A stretch of DNA of 56,596 bases, the filler included, from Dugesia japonica (lineage: Eukaryota): assembly GCA_001938525.1 (NCBI GenBank). It is 6 parts of 6 records of this genome, joined end to end, with 100 filler letters (N's around TTAATTAATTAA, not from the genome) between each part and the next. Parts side by side here need not be neighbours in the genome. Positions count along the whole stretch, not along the records: positions 10,248 to 20,121 come from MQRL01472384.1; positions 20,222 to 29,264 come from MQRL01604227.1; 4 more parts are not named here. One strand, written 5' to 3'. The notes under the pieces are model-generated. The model did not search any database. It was not told where the DNA came from and saw only the letters and a list, made by a program, of their open reading frames with translations. A program made the position numbers and the translations under genes. This document shows, piece by piece, positions 13,201 to 25,005 of the stretch (position 1 is the stretch's first letter; each line of letters starts with the position of its first letter).

Positions 13201-16200
13201 AATAATTAATTATATACTTACTCCATACCATAGGAAACCCGATTTGTTAAAAATACTTATAACAGTAATAAAGCAAAGACAATTAACAAAGTTTATTATC
13301 GTGAATGTGGTTCACTGACAGTTAATCTTTTCTGCCTTATAAACTCCATCACTATGCCTGATGTACTTTCAAAAAGAGAAGTCAAAGTTTTCGGTTTAGT
13401 TTACCAAAAAGTCTCTTATAATGATAACCACAATTCATCAAAATTATGAAATTTATTCCTTAGACATTGCTTATTGAGCGAATTGGAAAAGCCGAGGTCG
13501 TTAGCATTTAAATCAGGAGACTGCACTGGCTGTTTAATGATGGTAATGCTAGGAACAAGTCTATCTCCAAAGTCGTTGAAGCATTCCACATTATTCTTTC
13601 CAACGTGTGGGCGAGCATTGCCCATTTGAGTAATTACATTCTGACACCACTGCATTTTTTTGCAGATTTCTGGCATAATTTCATTGGTCATCTGGCCGTA
13701 TTAGACAATTAACTTTGTAGATATCACCCTTATTATGATTTTTAGAACACAGGGCTTCGACATGTTTCTGAATCCTCCAAATACCAATCAATCCATTAAA
13801 GCCATTTCACATATCAGCCTTAGCAATAACTTAAATTATCATGATTTTTATTTTTTTTAATGTTGTAATCCAGTGATCTACAAAAATTATTACATAATTT
13901 ATAAAGGAAATATGTTTGCATTATGCCTAGATAAAAATTCTTCCAATCAACAATTATTGTGTTCGAATTTATTTCTAATTGAAATTTAAATTCATCCTGA
14001 CATTGTTTATCTCGTGTAACAAAATGAATCACTAGTTCCGTAGTTTTGTATATATCCAAGTTTGATTTGTTAAATAAATTAAACAGAGTTTAATTAATTA
14101 TTATAGTTATTAAAATATAGAACATCTCGAACAACGCTATCTTCATAGTTTTGTGAATAGATAAAAATATTTTAAATAAACCCAAAAATAACTACGTAAT
14201 TAAAATTCTTAAAATTTACGTTTACTCTATTTTAGTGGTAAAAATTCTTTTAAATTAACTATTTATAAAAGAAACTAATTTTTATGTTATAATTTATTGA
14301 AATTCTTCTAAATTAACTAATAAAATAAACTTTGTAAAATTTTTGTAATCACAAAGTAAAAAAATAGTCATACTAAATAGTAAAAAAGTTCAAATTCTTT
14401 CCGATGCGAATCGAATTGTAACAAAAATTGTAAAGAAAAGTAGAATCTTCGGATTCCGAAGCAAATCCAAAGCCTCGGTACATCTCTACTGGATTATATT
14501 TATAGCTTTATATTCCTTATAATTTAGTTCAATATTTTTAATTTCGGAAAAGTATTTAATTCATTTTCGTAAAGAGAATATCAATATTTTTAAAATATTA
14601 TCAATATTTTAACTGTAAAACGATTTTAATTATGCGATTTACAGATTAGGCATGAGGCTACCTCCATATGATCTAAAAGCAGTATTTGTTGCTTGTCAGC
14701 ATCAGTTATTTAATCAAAGGCTGTCAGTGAGAAAACGAGCAATAGCTTGTTTTGGGTCCCTTATAAGTGTAACAGGACCAGATTATTTCAGTGAATTTAT
14801 TTCCTTTATAATGGGAAAATTGTCATATCTTGAAGAAAACAATTTTAAACAGGAGGATTTAAAATCTCTTATTCAGTGCATTGGTGTCTTAACGTAAGAA
14901 ATTTTAATTACTGTATATATATATATATATATATATTACTAATTATTCAAATAAAATAAAATAAAATAAAATATTAGGTGTCCAAATAAGTTTTTGCCGA
15001 TTTTTCAAATTGACATTTCACCAAATAATTTATTATCTTTTCATTGAGAAAACAATTTTTTTCAATATATTACTTCAATCAATTATGCACTTTTATATTC
15101 AAAATATTATAATCTCATATTTGAAATTTTTTATTTGTTAAAATCTATCATTCGTTCCTGCTTATTATATGGATTTAAATTTAGGTCTAATGTCACAGAA
15201 CCTTGTCGAAATATTTGTTTTGTAATTAGGTTACTAGGTTTACTAAGATTGGATTTTCAATTTATTGAATTTCTCGCATGTCTCATCAGTGTACTAACAA
15301 TGTTGGTGCTTTGTAAATCAATTAAATGTTTCTAGTTGGAATGGTTTACTCGTAATTACAATGAAGATGAAACTCTATCAAAATATTCACTAGTTTTAAA
15401 ATGCTTGAAACCACGTATAATCTCGTTAGTCCAAAAATGCGCTTTGGATGATTAAACATTTTGGCCCTTTTTTCCTTCACCATTTTTTGTTTTGACATAA
15501 TTATTCCTTAGCAATTTATCATAATTAGCTCATCCTTAACTCCAACATGGTAAAGGTTTGCCCGAATCAAAAAGGCTTACTGGTACTTCAAAAATTCACC
15601 CGCACCCAGCTTTTTGAATAAAGTGTCGGTTTCTACATATTTATGGGATTCATCTTCCTGATGTTGTATTGAATATGCACACAGATTTTGGACACAGGTT
15701 TTCCTGAGCAATGTTTACTATCCTGAAAAAAGTGATGAGGGGGACTCGATTATCATTGGTAGAAGAAATTCAAAGTATATGCATCAGAAAAAACTAAAAT
15801 CGGTCACTCAAATTCAATATGCAGAAAGTTTTCAATCGTTCGTCAAAAGATTAGAAAAAATGTGCATTATCGGAGGCTGAATATTTTGAAGAAGACGAGT
15901 TTCTTGATTAAAATGGATGTATTTGCAAAAATAATACTAATAAAAGTAATATAGTAAAATGAGTTATAATTACATTTTTATTAGACTATTTTGTGCAAGG
16001 CAAATATTTTTTTGTGCGGCCAGCGCACGCGCTGTTAGAGGGAACATTGGTCAATAAATTTAAAAACTTTAATTATTCTTATTTTTGGAAACAAATATAA
16101 TTTTGAAATTATAATTTTCATATATGAAACTAGTACTAATATTTTTGAAATACCTTTTATATAATTTGTTTGATTTTTCAAAAAGAAATTTACTGTTTAT

Positions 16201-17311
16201 ATATTTTATAATTTCCTACTGTTGAACAATATTCTTATCGGGAATCATTTTTATATTCCATGATGCATATTCGATGTTAATAATCTTTGGAACCTTAGAT
16301 TAATTTAGGAATTATTTAAATAAGAAAAAAATGAGAATAAATAACTGTATGAATCAATGACTTCGGTTATTTTTGTTTTTTATGAGTCGATGTTAACTTT
16401 GAACAACTTTTAATAAAAACATTTTGGTATTAGCTTTCTTATAAAAGTGGACTTTGACTTTCGTACATAAAATTGATTCTTGAAAATGTGCACGAATGTT
16501 AAATGCACAAAAGTAGCGGTATATAAATAGGTAATTAAATCAACAATAAACAGTAAATATTAAGCAGTAAACAGTAAACATTAATGTAATTAGTTACTGA
16601 AACTCAGAAGAAAGATACAAAAAATGATGAAATATACAAAATAGCGAATTTTTCGAAAGTCGAGGTCTGTCTGTAAATGAAATGGACGACTAATTATTGC
16701 TTAAATTTTATTTTGAACAGTAGGATAACTCCAATAAACAATCATTTTATTGTTTCTTTCACTCCTGGTTAAAAATAACTGGTACAAGTTTTGTTTTTTT
16801 CCAATGTTTTAGTTACATTCTTTGTAAGTTAATGTTTCTTACAATTTAGAAAACAACCTGCAAGAACTGGATCTCACATCCATCAAATATATCCTGTTTT
16901 GCAAAATTTAATAAATTTAAATGAAGAAATTCAAGATCTTGTTCTTCAAACTTTAGAAGCATTAATTAGTAAATGCAGTACTGAAATGGGACATTATATT
17001 GATAAAGTAGTGCCAATGTTGCTCAAATTAATATTACATGATCCAAATTATCATTATGATGAAGATGAGGATATGGATTCCTGCGAAGATGAAGATAATG
17101 ATGAAGAGTTGGGATTTTTCTATAATCTCCATTTATTATTTTTAAAAACTCTTCAGTAATGAAGAATTTTTGTATAGCGATGATGAAGATTTATCATGGA
17201 AAGTTCGAAGGTCATCTGCTAAATGTCTAGAAACATGTATATTGACATATCCAGATTTGATAAGAGAGTTTATCAAGTCAGCAGGTCCTGTTTTAATTGA
17301 AAGATTTAACG
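10294..17311 (+). CDS. CAND1: cullin-associated NEDD8-dissociated protein 1, 5' part; exons 10294-10347, 10390-10491, 10538-10605, 10647-10762, 10805-10967, 14645-14893, 16850-17107, 17157-17311
   Basis: Spliced translation [18 protein letters not shown]|[23 protein letters not shown]|..[51 protein letters not shown] matches the conserved CAND1 N-terminus; all introns GT-AG and in phase; downstream exons not found. Confidence 0.95.
11930..13064 (-). mobile_element. Merlin (IS1016/ISXO2-like) DNA transposon in CAND1 intron 5
   Basis: 39-bp TIRs starting GGTACTTT (2 mismatches); 8-bp TSD GGGCAAAT/GGACAAAT; interior richer in GC than the flanks. Confidence 0.92.
12036..12899 (-). pseudogene. 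Merlin/ISXO2-type DDE transposase, disrupted
   Basis: MNLWSLP..C..H..C Zn-ribbon-like start; [12 protein letters not shown]; [13 protein letters not shown]; IYSGSWKAF (catalytic D changed to G); [18 protein letters not shown]; YLAEFMWR; one stop plus frameshifts. Confidence 0.9.
13416..13691 (-). pseudogene. Tc1/mariner fragment, plant-type (DD39D-like) catalytic C-terminus
   Basis: [32 protein letters not shown] resembles the QQDNARPH..QPPNSPDLNVLDLGFF signature; 40 residues between the second and third catalytic positions. Confidence 0.7.
13820..14059 (-). pseudogene. second Merlin-like transposase fragment
   Basis: [16 protein letters not shown] resembles the Merlin T.VDW.NF motif. Confidence 0.45.
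14974..15900 (+). mobile_element. highly decayed mariner remnant(s) in CAND1 intron 6
   Basis: TA-TTAGGTGTCCAAATAAG TIR-like start; near 15830-15890 [15 protein letters not shown], like a mariner C-terminus; other relics in between. Confidence 0.4.
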
Positions 17312-17679
17312 GTAAGGAAATGGATTTGTTTTTTATTTTCGTAAAATTATTTAATAATTATTATATAAATTAATGTTTTACAATTACTATTATTGTGAGA
17401 ATAATTGTTGGATTTAACCATTGATAGTTTTTCAGAATTCATTAAAATAAAAGCTTCGATCAAAAATTTTTAATTATTGTCAAAAACAAAAAAAAAATAA
17501 AATAAAATTTTAATCNNNNNNNNNNNNNNNNNNNNNNNNNNNNNNNNNNNNNNNNNNNNNNNNNNNNNNNNNNNNNNNNNNNNNNNNNNNNNNNNGAAAA
17601 AAATTCATTTACTCTTCTCCAGTAACCTATCAAAACTAACTCGTCAAGATTGCTCAGTCAGAAAATAGTTTTGGATAAA

Positions 17680-17775
17680 ATAGATGGAAATGTTCGTATG
17701 TACGTAAAGATAGTCCTTGCTTTGAGTTTTGTTCTATCTACCGATGCAGCAGCTGCATTTGAAATAGACAGAAAG
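17680..17775 (+). pseudogene. MULE (Mutator-like) transposase fragment
   Basis: DGNVRMYVKIVLALSFVLSTDAAAAFE resembles the MULE ALAFVP..DV..AF motif. Confidence 0.5.
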
Positions 17776-19015
17776 TTGTCAAGTAAAAATGGAAGCCATT
17801 ATCGACTAATAGAAAGATAACTACATAAAAGATTTAATAATAATAATAATATTTATTAATTGAGCTACACGTATTAATACACCGCGATAAATATGCCAAT
17901 CATATATACTACTAATAATAATACATTAATATAAACCGGAGAAACCTTATTACTGAACAGTCATAACTCGGATATCAGCTAGCAGGACACTATGGTAAAT
18001 ACGAGAGGGTGTTTCACAACCCACAATCAAATGCATCAGACGATTTGAATTAAGAACGTGACATTTTCTTAATGTTGGGATAGTTTTTTCTGTTACNTTT
18101 ATTTATTTCAAATTAATATATGTGATGGTTATTTCGTTCTTTGGTAATATGTTTTGAAGAACTCATACGACTCTTTTTTTTTTACCTAAAGGATAACCTT
18201 TATAGCTCCAATACCATCACAACATATTTTTCCTTAGTGTTTTTCATTTTTTTCAGAACTTTTACGATTTTTTTCACTCTTCTACTTATTTTTATTTTAC
18301 CAGGATTTCGAGTAAAATTTAAATAATATTTCCCGGTTTCTCGGAACCAAAAAATCCAAGAAACGTGACTCTGAACATAATTAACCATAATCTAAAATTT
18401 AGATTACAGTTACATATTTTTAATTATATTTCATCTAATATCCAATAATCTACAGGTAGATCGCGATTTACCTTATGGACACTCATAATTCATAAAATTG
18501 AAAATTTCGATCAAAATTTATTTTTATTTTTTGTTCAAGACTTTGAAATACTTTCAAGAATTAAAAAATAAAAAAAACGAATTTTTCATTGAAGCTTTTA
18601 ATTTAATGAAATCTCAAATGCGATCAATGGTTAAGGCCAACAATTATTCTCACAGTAATTATAATTGCAAAAATACTCTATTCATTGATCGTATGCAATT
18701 AATTCCAAGTTAAATGGCGTGTTATCGTGTAATTGAAAACTGCCATTAGTTTTTAAAACTTTTTTTTAAAACTCATAATACAAATATTATAAAATATTAT
18801 TTTTATTTATTATAATTTTTTTTCTTCTAAGTTTTTAATTTTATGAATTATTAAAAAAAAANNNNNNNNNNNNNNNNNNNNNNNNNNNNNNNNNNNNNNN
18901 NNNNNNNNNNNNNNNNNNNNNNNNAAAAGAGATAAGAAACTTTATTTTATGTGTGCATAAAAAATCAACCATATAGGAGTAAAATTTAAAAATTTTAGTT
19001 GTAACTTTAAAAATT

Positions 19016-20121
19016 TGTGATATATTTAAATTATGATAATATTTAAATATATCTAAATTTAAATTATTGAATATTTAAAATCAAATATTCAAAATATTAA
19101 AATGAATTCGATTGGTTTTAATATTGATATTTTATTATAAATATAATTTTAACTTGTTAAATATCTTATTATGCAATATCCACATTTATATAACATGGCG
19201 TCAAATGAGCAGAAACCTTTCCTGCAGAAATATATGTTTAAAGAAAAGGAGTACGGTGCTACCAATAATAGAATAGGGATTACGAACTACAACACAAAAA
19301 ACGACTAAATACTCTCCGTATGAAATAGTATTTGGGAAGAAACCTAAAATCGATGTATAAAATGCTGGAATGAAGAAAACGAACATCACAAAAAGTTCTG
19401 ATCAATATGTAGAACAATTAAAAAGAAATATTATGAATATTCTTGGCCATGTAAGGAAAAACATAGAAGAGCATAAGTACGACTAAGTACTCTCCGTATG
19501 AAATAGTATTTGGGAAGGAACCTAGAATCGATATGTGGAATATTGGAAAGAAGAAAACAAACATCACAAAAAATTCAGATCAATATGTAGAACAATTAAA
19601 ACGAAATATTATGAATATTCATGGCCATGTAAGGAAAAACATAGAAGAGCATAATGAAGTTACAGCAGCTAAATATGACGAATATCGATGGAGAGATGAA
19701 ATTAAAATTGATTATAAAGTGCTGATAAAAAACAATGGACATGATGGTTTTAAAAGGCGATATATTGAACCATTGAAAGAAATAAAGAAAATTAATGAAT
19801 GGACTTACACTTTGCTTGATGAAAATAGAAACACTTTAATTCAAAGAAATTACAACCAAATCAAAATAATACCAAGAGACGAACTTTCCTAAAAGTTGTG
19901 GAGCACATAAAAATCAGTATAAAGTAAACAGAAAAAAGCCTTACCAGTACAACCTGGCCGATCAATTGAGAGTGATATCAGAAGGCGTTATCAAGAAAGA
20001 ATGACAAGGAATCCGAATCATCAATATCGATAAAGCAAAGGGAGGAGTGTGATATATTTAAATTATAGTAATATTTAAATATAGCGAAATTCAAATTATT
20101 AAATATTTATAATTAAATATT
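19016..20121 (+). mobile_element. internally deleted non-autonomous Ty3/Gypsy LTR element
   Basis: 5' LTR 19016-19195 (TGTGATATA...TATATAACA), PBS TGGCG at 19196, integrase C-terminal relic, PPT AAAGGGAGGAG ending 20047, 3' LTR from 20048 cut by contig end. Confidence 0.85.
19240..19892 (+). pseudogene. Gypsy integrase C-terminal remnant with 178-bp tandem duplication
   Basis: STVLPIIE*GLRTTTQKTTKYSPYEIVFGK..; KVLIKN..FKRRYIEP (GPF-like region); 19301-19476 repeated at 19479-19654. Confidence 0.8.
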
Positions 20122-20221
20122 NNNNNNNNNNNNNNNNNNNNNNNNNNNNNNNNNNNNNNNNNNNNTTAATTAATTAANNNNNNNNNNNNNNNNNNNNNNN
20201 NNNNNNNNNNNNNNNNNNNNN
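20122..20221. other. artificial contig-join linker
   Basis: N44-TTAATTAATTAA-N44. Confidence 0.95.
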
Positions 20222-20782
20222 TGAATCTTTGTATTATATAATAATCTAATATAACATTGTATAAATCCAAATAAATTTTTAAAGGGAAACAACCACAAAT
20301 TTTTTTTTGGAATTATAAAGTTTCTTTCTTTTATAAAAACCTAGATTTGCATTCAATCCATCAACATCTAAATCTTCTTTGTTTGTGTCTAGAATCCTTC
20401 CAGATTATTCTCCATAAATATTTTTATAAGTAGAAGTGGTTGTTATAAAATTTAATATTGTTGATATTATTCCAGGATCATGAATTATTTCTACATCTGA
20501 AGATCNCAAAGTCAATCTCATTGATTTAAATAAACTTGGAAACCAATTATTTTCCAAAAATATTATATCTCCATATTTAACATTTATCTCTACTATATAA
20601 TATAACATTGAATTAGAAATGTCTAATAGATTTGATGATTGAAAAGATTGAAAAACTATATCTCCAGAAGACATTAAATGATTAATTGAACCAGATTATG
20701 GTGAAATTCTTAAAACATCATTTTTCAAATATAAAGGTTGAAAATTAATATCACTATCAAGATCAAGTTTTGTGTTAATCAT
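20222..20782 (-). pseudogene. Polinton/Maverick (adintovirus-like) major capsid protein, N-terminal relic
   Basis: One frame with 2 stops: MINTKLDLDSDINF..SP*SGS..GDIVF..LENNWFPSLFKSMRLTLXSSDVEIIHDPGIISTIL..DT..NLGFYKRK..FPFKNLFGF..Y; follows the recalled Polinton capsid motif order NN...LF..I.Y.L.G.EIE....PG..T, N.GF..R, IPL..LFGF..DY. Confidence 0.7.
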
Positions 20783-21034
20783 TTTCTAAAGACAAAAAAA
20801 TATGTTTATTTAAATTTTACTTGTAATTGAATTTTATTTGTTATCATGTTTTTATTTCCATTTGTATTTTTACTTACAGTTGTATTTTTGGGTGTTATAG
20901 TTTTAGGTGTTGTGTTTCTGTTTATGTTTTTATGTATGTTTAAATTTTTATTGTTAACCATGTTTATTTTTTATTTTACTTTAATTTTATATTTCTTAAA
21001 ATTCAAAAAATTTAAAAAATCAACCGATAATCCA

Positions 21035-21164
21035 AGTAGATGTAAAATGATGGTTTCCCGAGAATTGTTTTTTTATATTTACAATACACTATTTTTCCCA
21101 TGACAGATCATGAGGTAAATGAAGGTAGACATCCTTGTCGGGAAACCGTCATTTTACATCTACT
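21035..21164. repeat. 130-bp unit with 30-bp inverted arms (AGTAG...CTACT)
   Basis: AGTAGATGTAAAATGATGGTTTCCCGAGAA (21035-21064) vs 21135-21164, 28/30 complementary. Confidence 0.85.
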
Positions 21165-21169
21165 ATTAC

Positions 21170-22555
21170 ACGAGTAAAACTTCTAGGTATTTTGCATTGA
21201 TTATTGATTCAACATCCGATGTAAGTCATATGAATCAGTTCACTGTTGTCCTTAGGTATGTTCTATCAAACCGACACGAAAATAAAGTTTATTTTCTTTC
21301 ATTGATATCCAAGGTCATGATGCTGCATATTTATTCCTAGTCATCATTGACACTCTTAAGAAATGAAGTATCGATAATACAAAAAACAGAGAGTAAAGCT
21401 ACGACAATGCAAGCAATATTTCAGAGGCAGTGTTCTAATCACTCACTTATTTAGTAGATAAAGCCGCTGGTAAGTCTTGTGCCAATGCAGTGACATTTTT
21501 TGACTTGGCGCAAACCTTCAATATGTGTTTTTTTGCGTCAACCCACAGGTGGCCCATTTTAGAACAACATCTTGAGAAAAATACAAGATGGTCCACGTGA
21601 GCAGATGCTGTTCTAGCTTTTAAAAAAAGCTACAAGGAGATAAAAGCAGCTTTGTCTTATGCAAGTGCTGATGCAATGCAAAAACCAATTGCCAAAGCAG
21701 AGGCTAGTAAGAAAAAAATGGAGCATTACAAGATATCTCTAATGACAGTTTTATGGAATTCGTTGCTGCAACAAATAAATACAATCAGTAAATCTTTGTA
21801 GGATTAAAGATTATGTTTGTCAAAGAAAGTTGAATTCTTTAATTTGTTAACAATTTGTTTTTCAAACCGTCAAACAAAATTTCCTAAGAATTTAGACGGA
21901 GGCAAGACATACATTTGGTATTGAAAACAATAACACTGAGTATGAAGATCAACAGCCTAGAAAACGTACTTTTTTGATGAAACTGCTGAGAATGACATCA
22001 TATTGAAAATACGGGAAAAATTCATTGTTGACACCTTGAACCTTGTGTGTGACAAGTTAGTTATGGAGCTCAAAAACCGCCTGAACGCTTATGAAAGTAC
22101 AAACAGCTGGTTTGGAGTATTATTTACAAATAAACAACTTAACAATCGGAGTGATGGAAACACGATTAAAACTTTGATGGATACATACAAGAATTACATT
22201 GACGGGGACATGTTTGAGGATGAGCTTGATTAATTTATGATCCGTGCAAAAAACTAAAAGATTAAAAATCCCATCGAAATTTATCAGCTCATGGTACGTG
22301 GTCTGCAGTCCAAATTTCTGTATATGGAAACAATTTTGCGTATCTACCTTACAATAACAATTAGTAATGGTTTCGAAGAACGATCATTTTCTGTACTTTA
22401 AAGAGGGAAAAACTATATCAGAAATTCCATTGATCACGATTGGCTAGGTAATTTAGCATTGTTGTGCATCAAATCTGCTGAACCAAAAAAGGAAAACTTG
22501 GATCAACAAATTGATGATTTTATTAGGCTCAAATGCAGAAAGAAAGCAACATAGT
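21170..22555 (+). pseudogene. hAT (Tip100/ZMYM1-like) transposase pseudogene
   Basis: YFALIIDSTSDVSHMNQFTVVLRYV, SYDNASNI, STHRW, TRWS, LRIYLTITISNGFEERSFSVLKR; many stops and frameshifts. Confidence 0.88.
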
Positions 22556-23634
22556 GAGATAAATTAGCGGTGAATAAAATTTTTTGGAATTTTTAATTCT
22601 TCTGTTTTGCTACTTTAACTCTATAATTCATATTCACTTCTATTTCTATAACGTTATTTGTGAATATACTAGTTGGTGAAAAAGTAGCAGCGATTCAATT
22701 TCCAATTTTTGAAATGAAACTTTATATAATAATATTATAAATATAACGCATTACAATAATTTTAATGGGTTACTGAAATAATTTCGACAATATTATTCTG
22801 TATCATTGCTTAAATCTTTATTTAAATAATAATATATGAAGGCGTGCAGAAATAATTTACTTGATTAATAACTAATAAATATTTATTTAATTTTTTAAAT
22901 ATATCTAAATTTAAAGGCTACCGAGAGACCTCTAAATAAAAGTAATTATATTTCATTAAAATAAGAAAAAGCTTCGATCAAAATAAAATTTTTTATANTT
23001 ATTTTTTAAAATATTTTTATATTTAAAGGCTGTTGAAATTACTATAGAAAAATTAATCTCAAATTTAATTTAATCAAATAAAGATTTAAGCAATAATACA
23101 GAATAATATTGTCGAAATTATTTCATTGTCAAAATTATTTCTTCACCACATTTTAACAACCAAGTTACTTTTCATGCTTTTCCCCTAAAGTTAAATCGCA
23201 TCACTTTTCTTACAAATAGTTTCTATAAACAAATATAATTACTGTCACTCACAAAAGGGTTTCAACTTCAAATTCGTGTTTTTGGAGAACTTATTGGACA
23301 AAGATTGGAGAAACTTCATTATTTCGAAACCAGTAAATTTATCTCACATAATGATTTTGAACCAAAACCATTTGATGCATTGATAAAATTATAGGGAAAG
23401 CAGTTGGTAAAATCAATGTGCAACCATTGATCACGAATTTCTTTCAAATAAATATTGATCAAATTGTACCTTTTCGGTTTCTCGTTTTATTTTTTTNNNN
23501 NNNNNNNNNNNNNNNNNNNNNNNNNNNNNNNNNNNNNNNGAATTATAGAGTCTTTCAAAATAATATAAAAATCAGCATAGAAAATGAGCAAAAAAATAAG
23601 AAAAGTTGTGCTGGGCCAGAAATTTGACTATCTA

Positions 23635-25005
23635 TTAGGTGTGTGAATAAGTTTCCGGATTCAGATTAAAGACGCTACAATTGAAATATGCAATTAAAAT
23701 ACATTAATGATATATATGCTGTTTAAAACTGTCAATAATTAATTAATTCCAGTATGAAAATGCCTTGTTTAAATATTCATAATTTTATAATCAAACATGG
23801 AAATATTCGAAAATTCGCGGAAAAAAGAGCACTTGCGCGAAGTATTTTTAGGCTACTTTTTTCTAACAAAACAGCTGATGAAAGTCATAATTTGTTATTA
23901 CAAACATATAGGAAATATGCCTTGTCAAGAAAGCAGTGTTTTGAATGGTACAATCGCTTCAAGAATGAAGAATATGACATCACTGACAAAGGCCGATCTG
24001 GACGGCCGGAAAAGTTTGATGATGAAGATCTTATAGCTTTACTCCGCGAAGAATCATGCCAAACGCAAGAAAAAATTGCAAAATAATTGAAAGTTAATTG
24101 TTCTGCCGCTGTCAAACGTTTACATGCATTTGGAATGATCCAAAAGCAGGGAACTTTGGTACCATGCAATTAAAAGCCCAGAGACGTTGAGAGACGTTTG
24201 TGTACGTGTGAACAGTTGCTTTAATTGCAAAGACGGAAAAAGCTTTTACATCGCATTATTACAGGCGATGAAAAATGGATTCATTATAGTAATCCAAAAC
24301 GAAAAAGATCATGGAGACAGCCGGACCATGCATCTACATAGACAAGGAAACCAAATATTTATGTTCAAAAGCTCATTTTGTGTATTTGGTGGGATCGTCT
24401 CGGTATCATATATTATGAGCTGCTGCAACCGAATGAAAAAATCACAGGGGATCGGGATAGAGTTCAATTGATGCATGTAAGCTGAGCATTAAAGGATAAA
24501 CGACCATATTATGCCAACAGGAATGATAAAGTCATTTTGCTACATGACAATNNNNNNNNNNNNNNNNNNNNNNNNNNNNNNNNNNNNNNNNNNNNNNNNN
24601 NAATGATAAAGTCATTTTGCTACATGACAATGCCCAGCCGCATGTTTTGCAAACGGTTAAAACATTCTTGGAAACCCTTAGATGGAAAGTTTTACCCCAC
24701 CCGCCGTATTTGCCAGCTATTGCCCATACAGATTACCACCTGTTCCGTTGTATGGCTCATGGCCTGGCTGACCAGCATTTTAAGTCTTACGAGGATACTA
24801 AAATCTGGCTCGAATCTTTGATCGCCTCAAAAAAGTAAGGATTTTTTAAAACACAGAATAGGTACCTTGCCTGAAAAATGGGAAAAAGTATTGAAAAGCG
24901 GTGGAGAATATTTCCAAGAATGAATTTTCATAATAAAGTTTATTTATTTTAGTTATCTTTTAGTTATTTATTCAAAAAAATCCGGAAACTTATTTACACA
25001 CCTGA
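23635..25005 (+). mobile_element. full-length DD34D mariner (mauritiana/Mos1-like), transposase inactivated
   Basis: 27-bp TIRs TTAGGTGTGTGAATAAGTTTCCGGATT (2 mismatches) with TA on both sides; SGRPEKF, IITGDEKWIHY, LHDNAQPH, PHPPY..TDYHLF; several stops. Confidence 0.93.

Noticed and set aside
19016-20782. Apparent LTR element next to a viral capsid gene
   Set aside because: Separated by an artificial linker; adjacency unsupported
24522-24631. Duplicated LHDN segment in the mariner
   Set aside because: Identical 30 bp on both sides of an N gap; assembly overlap
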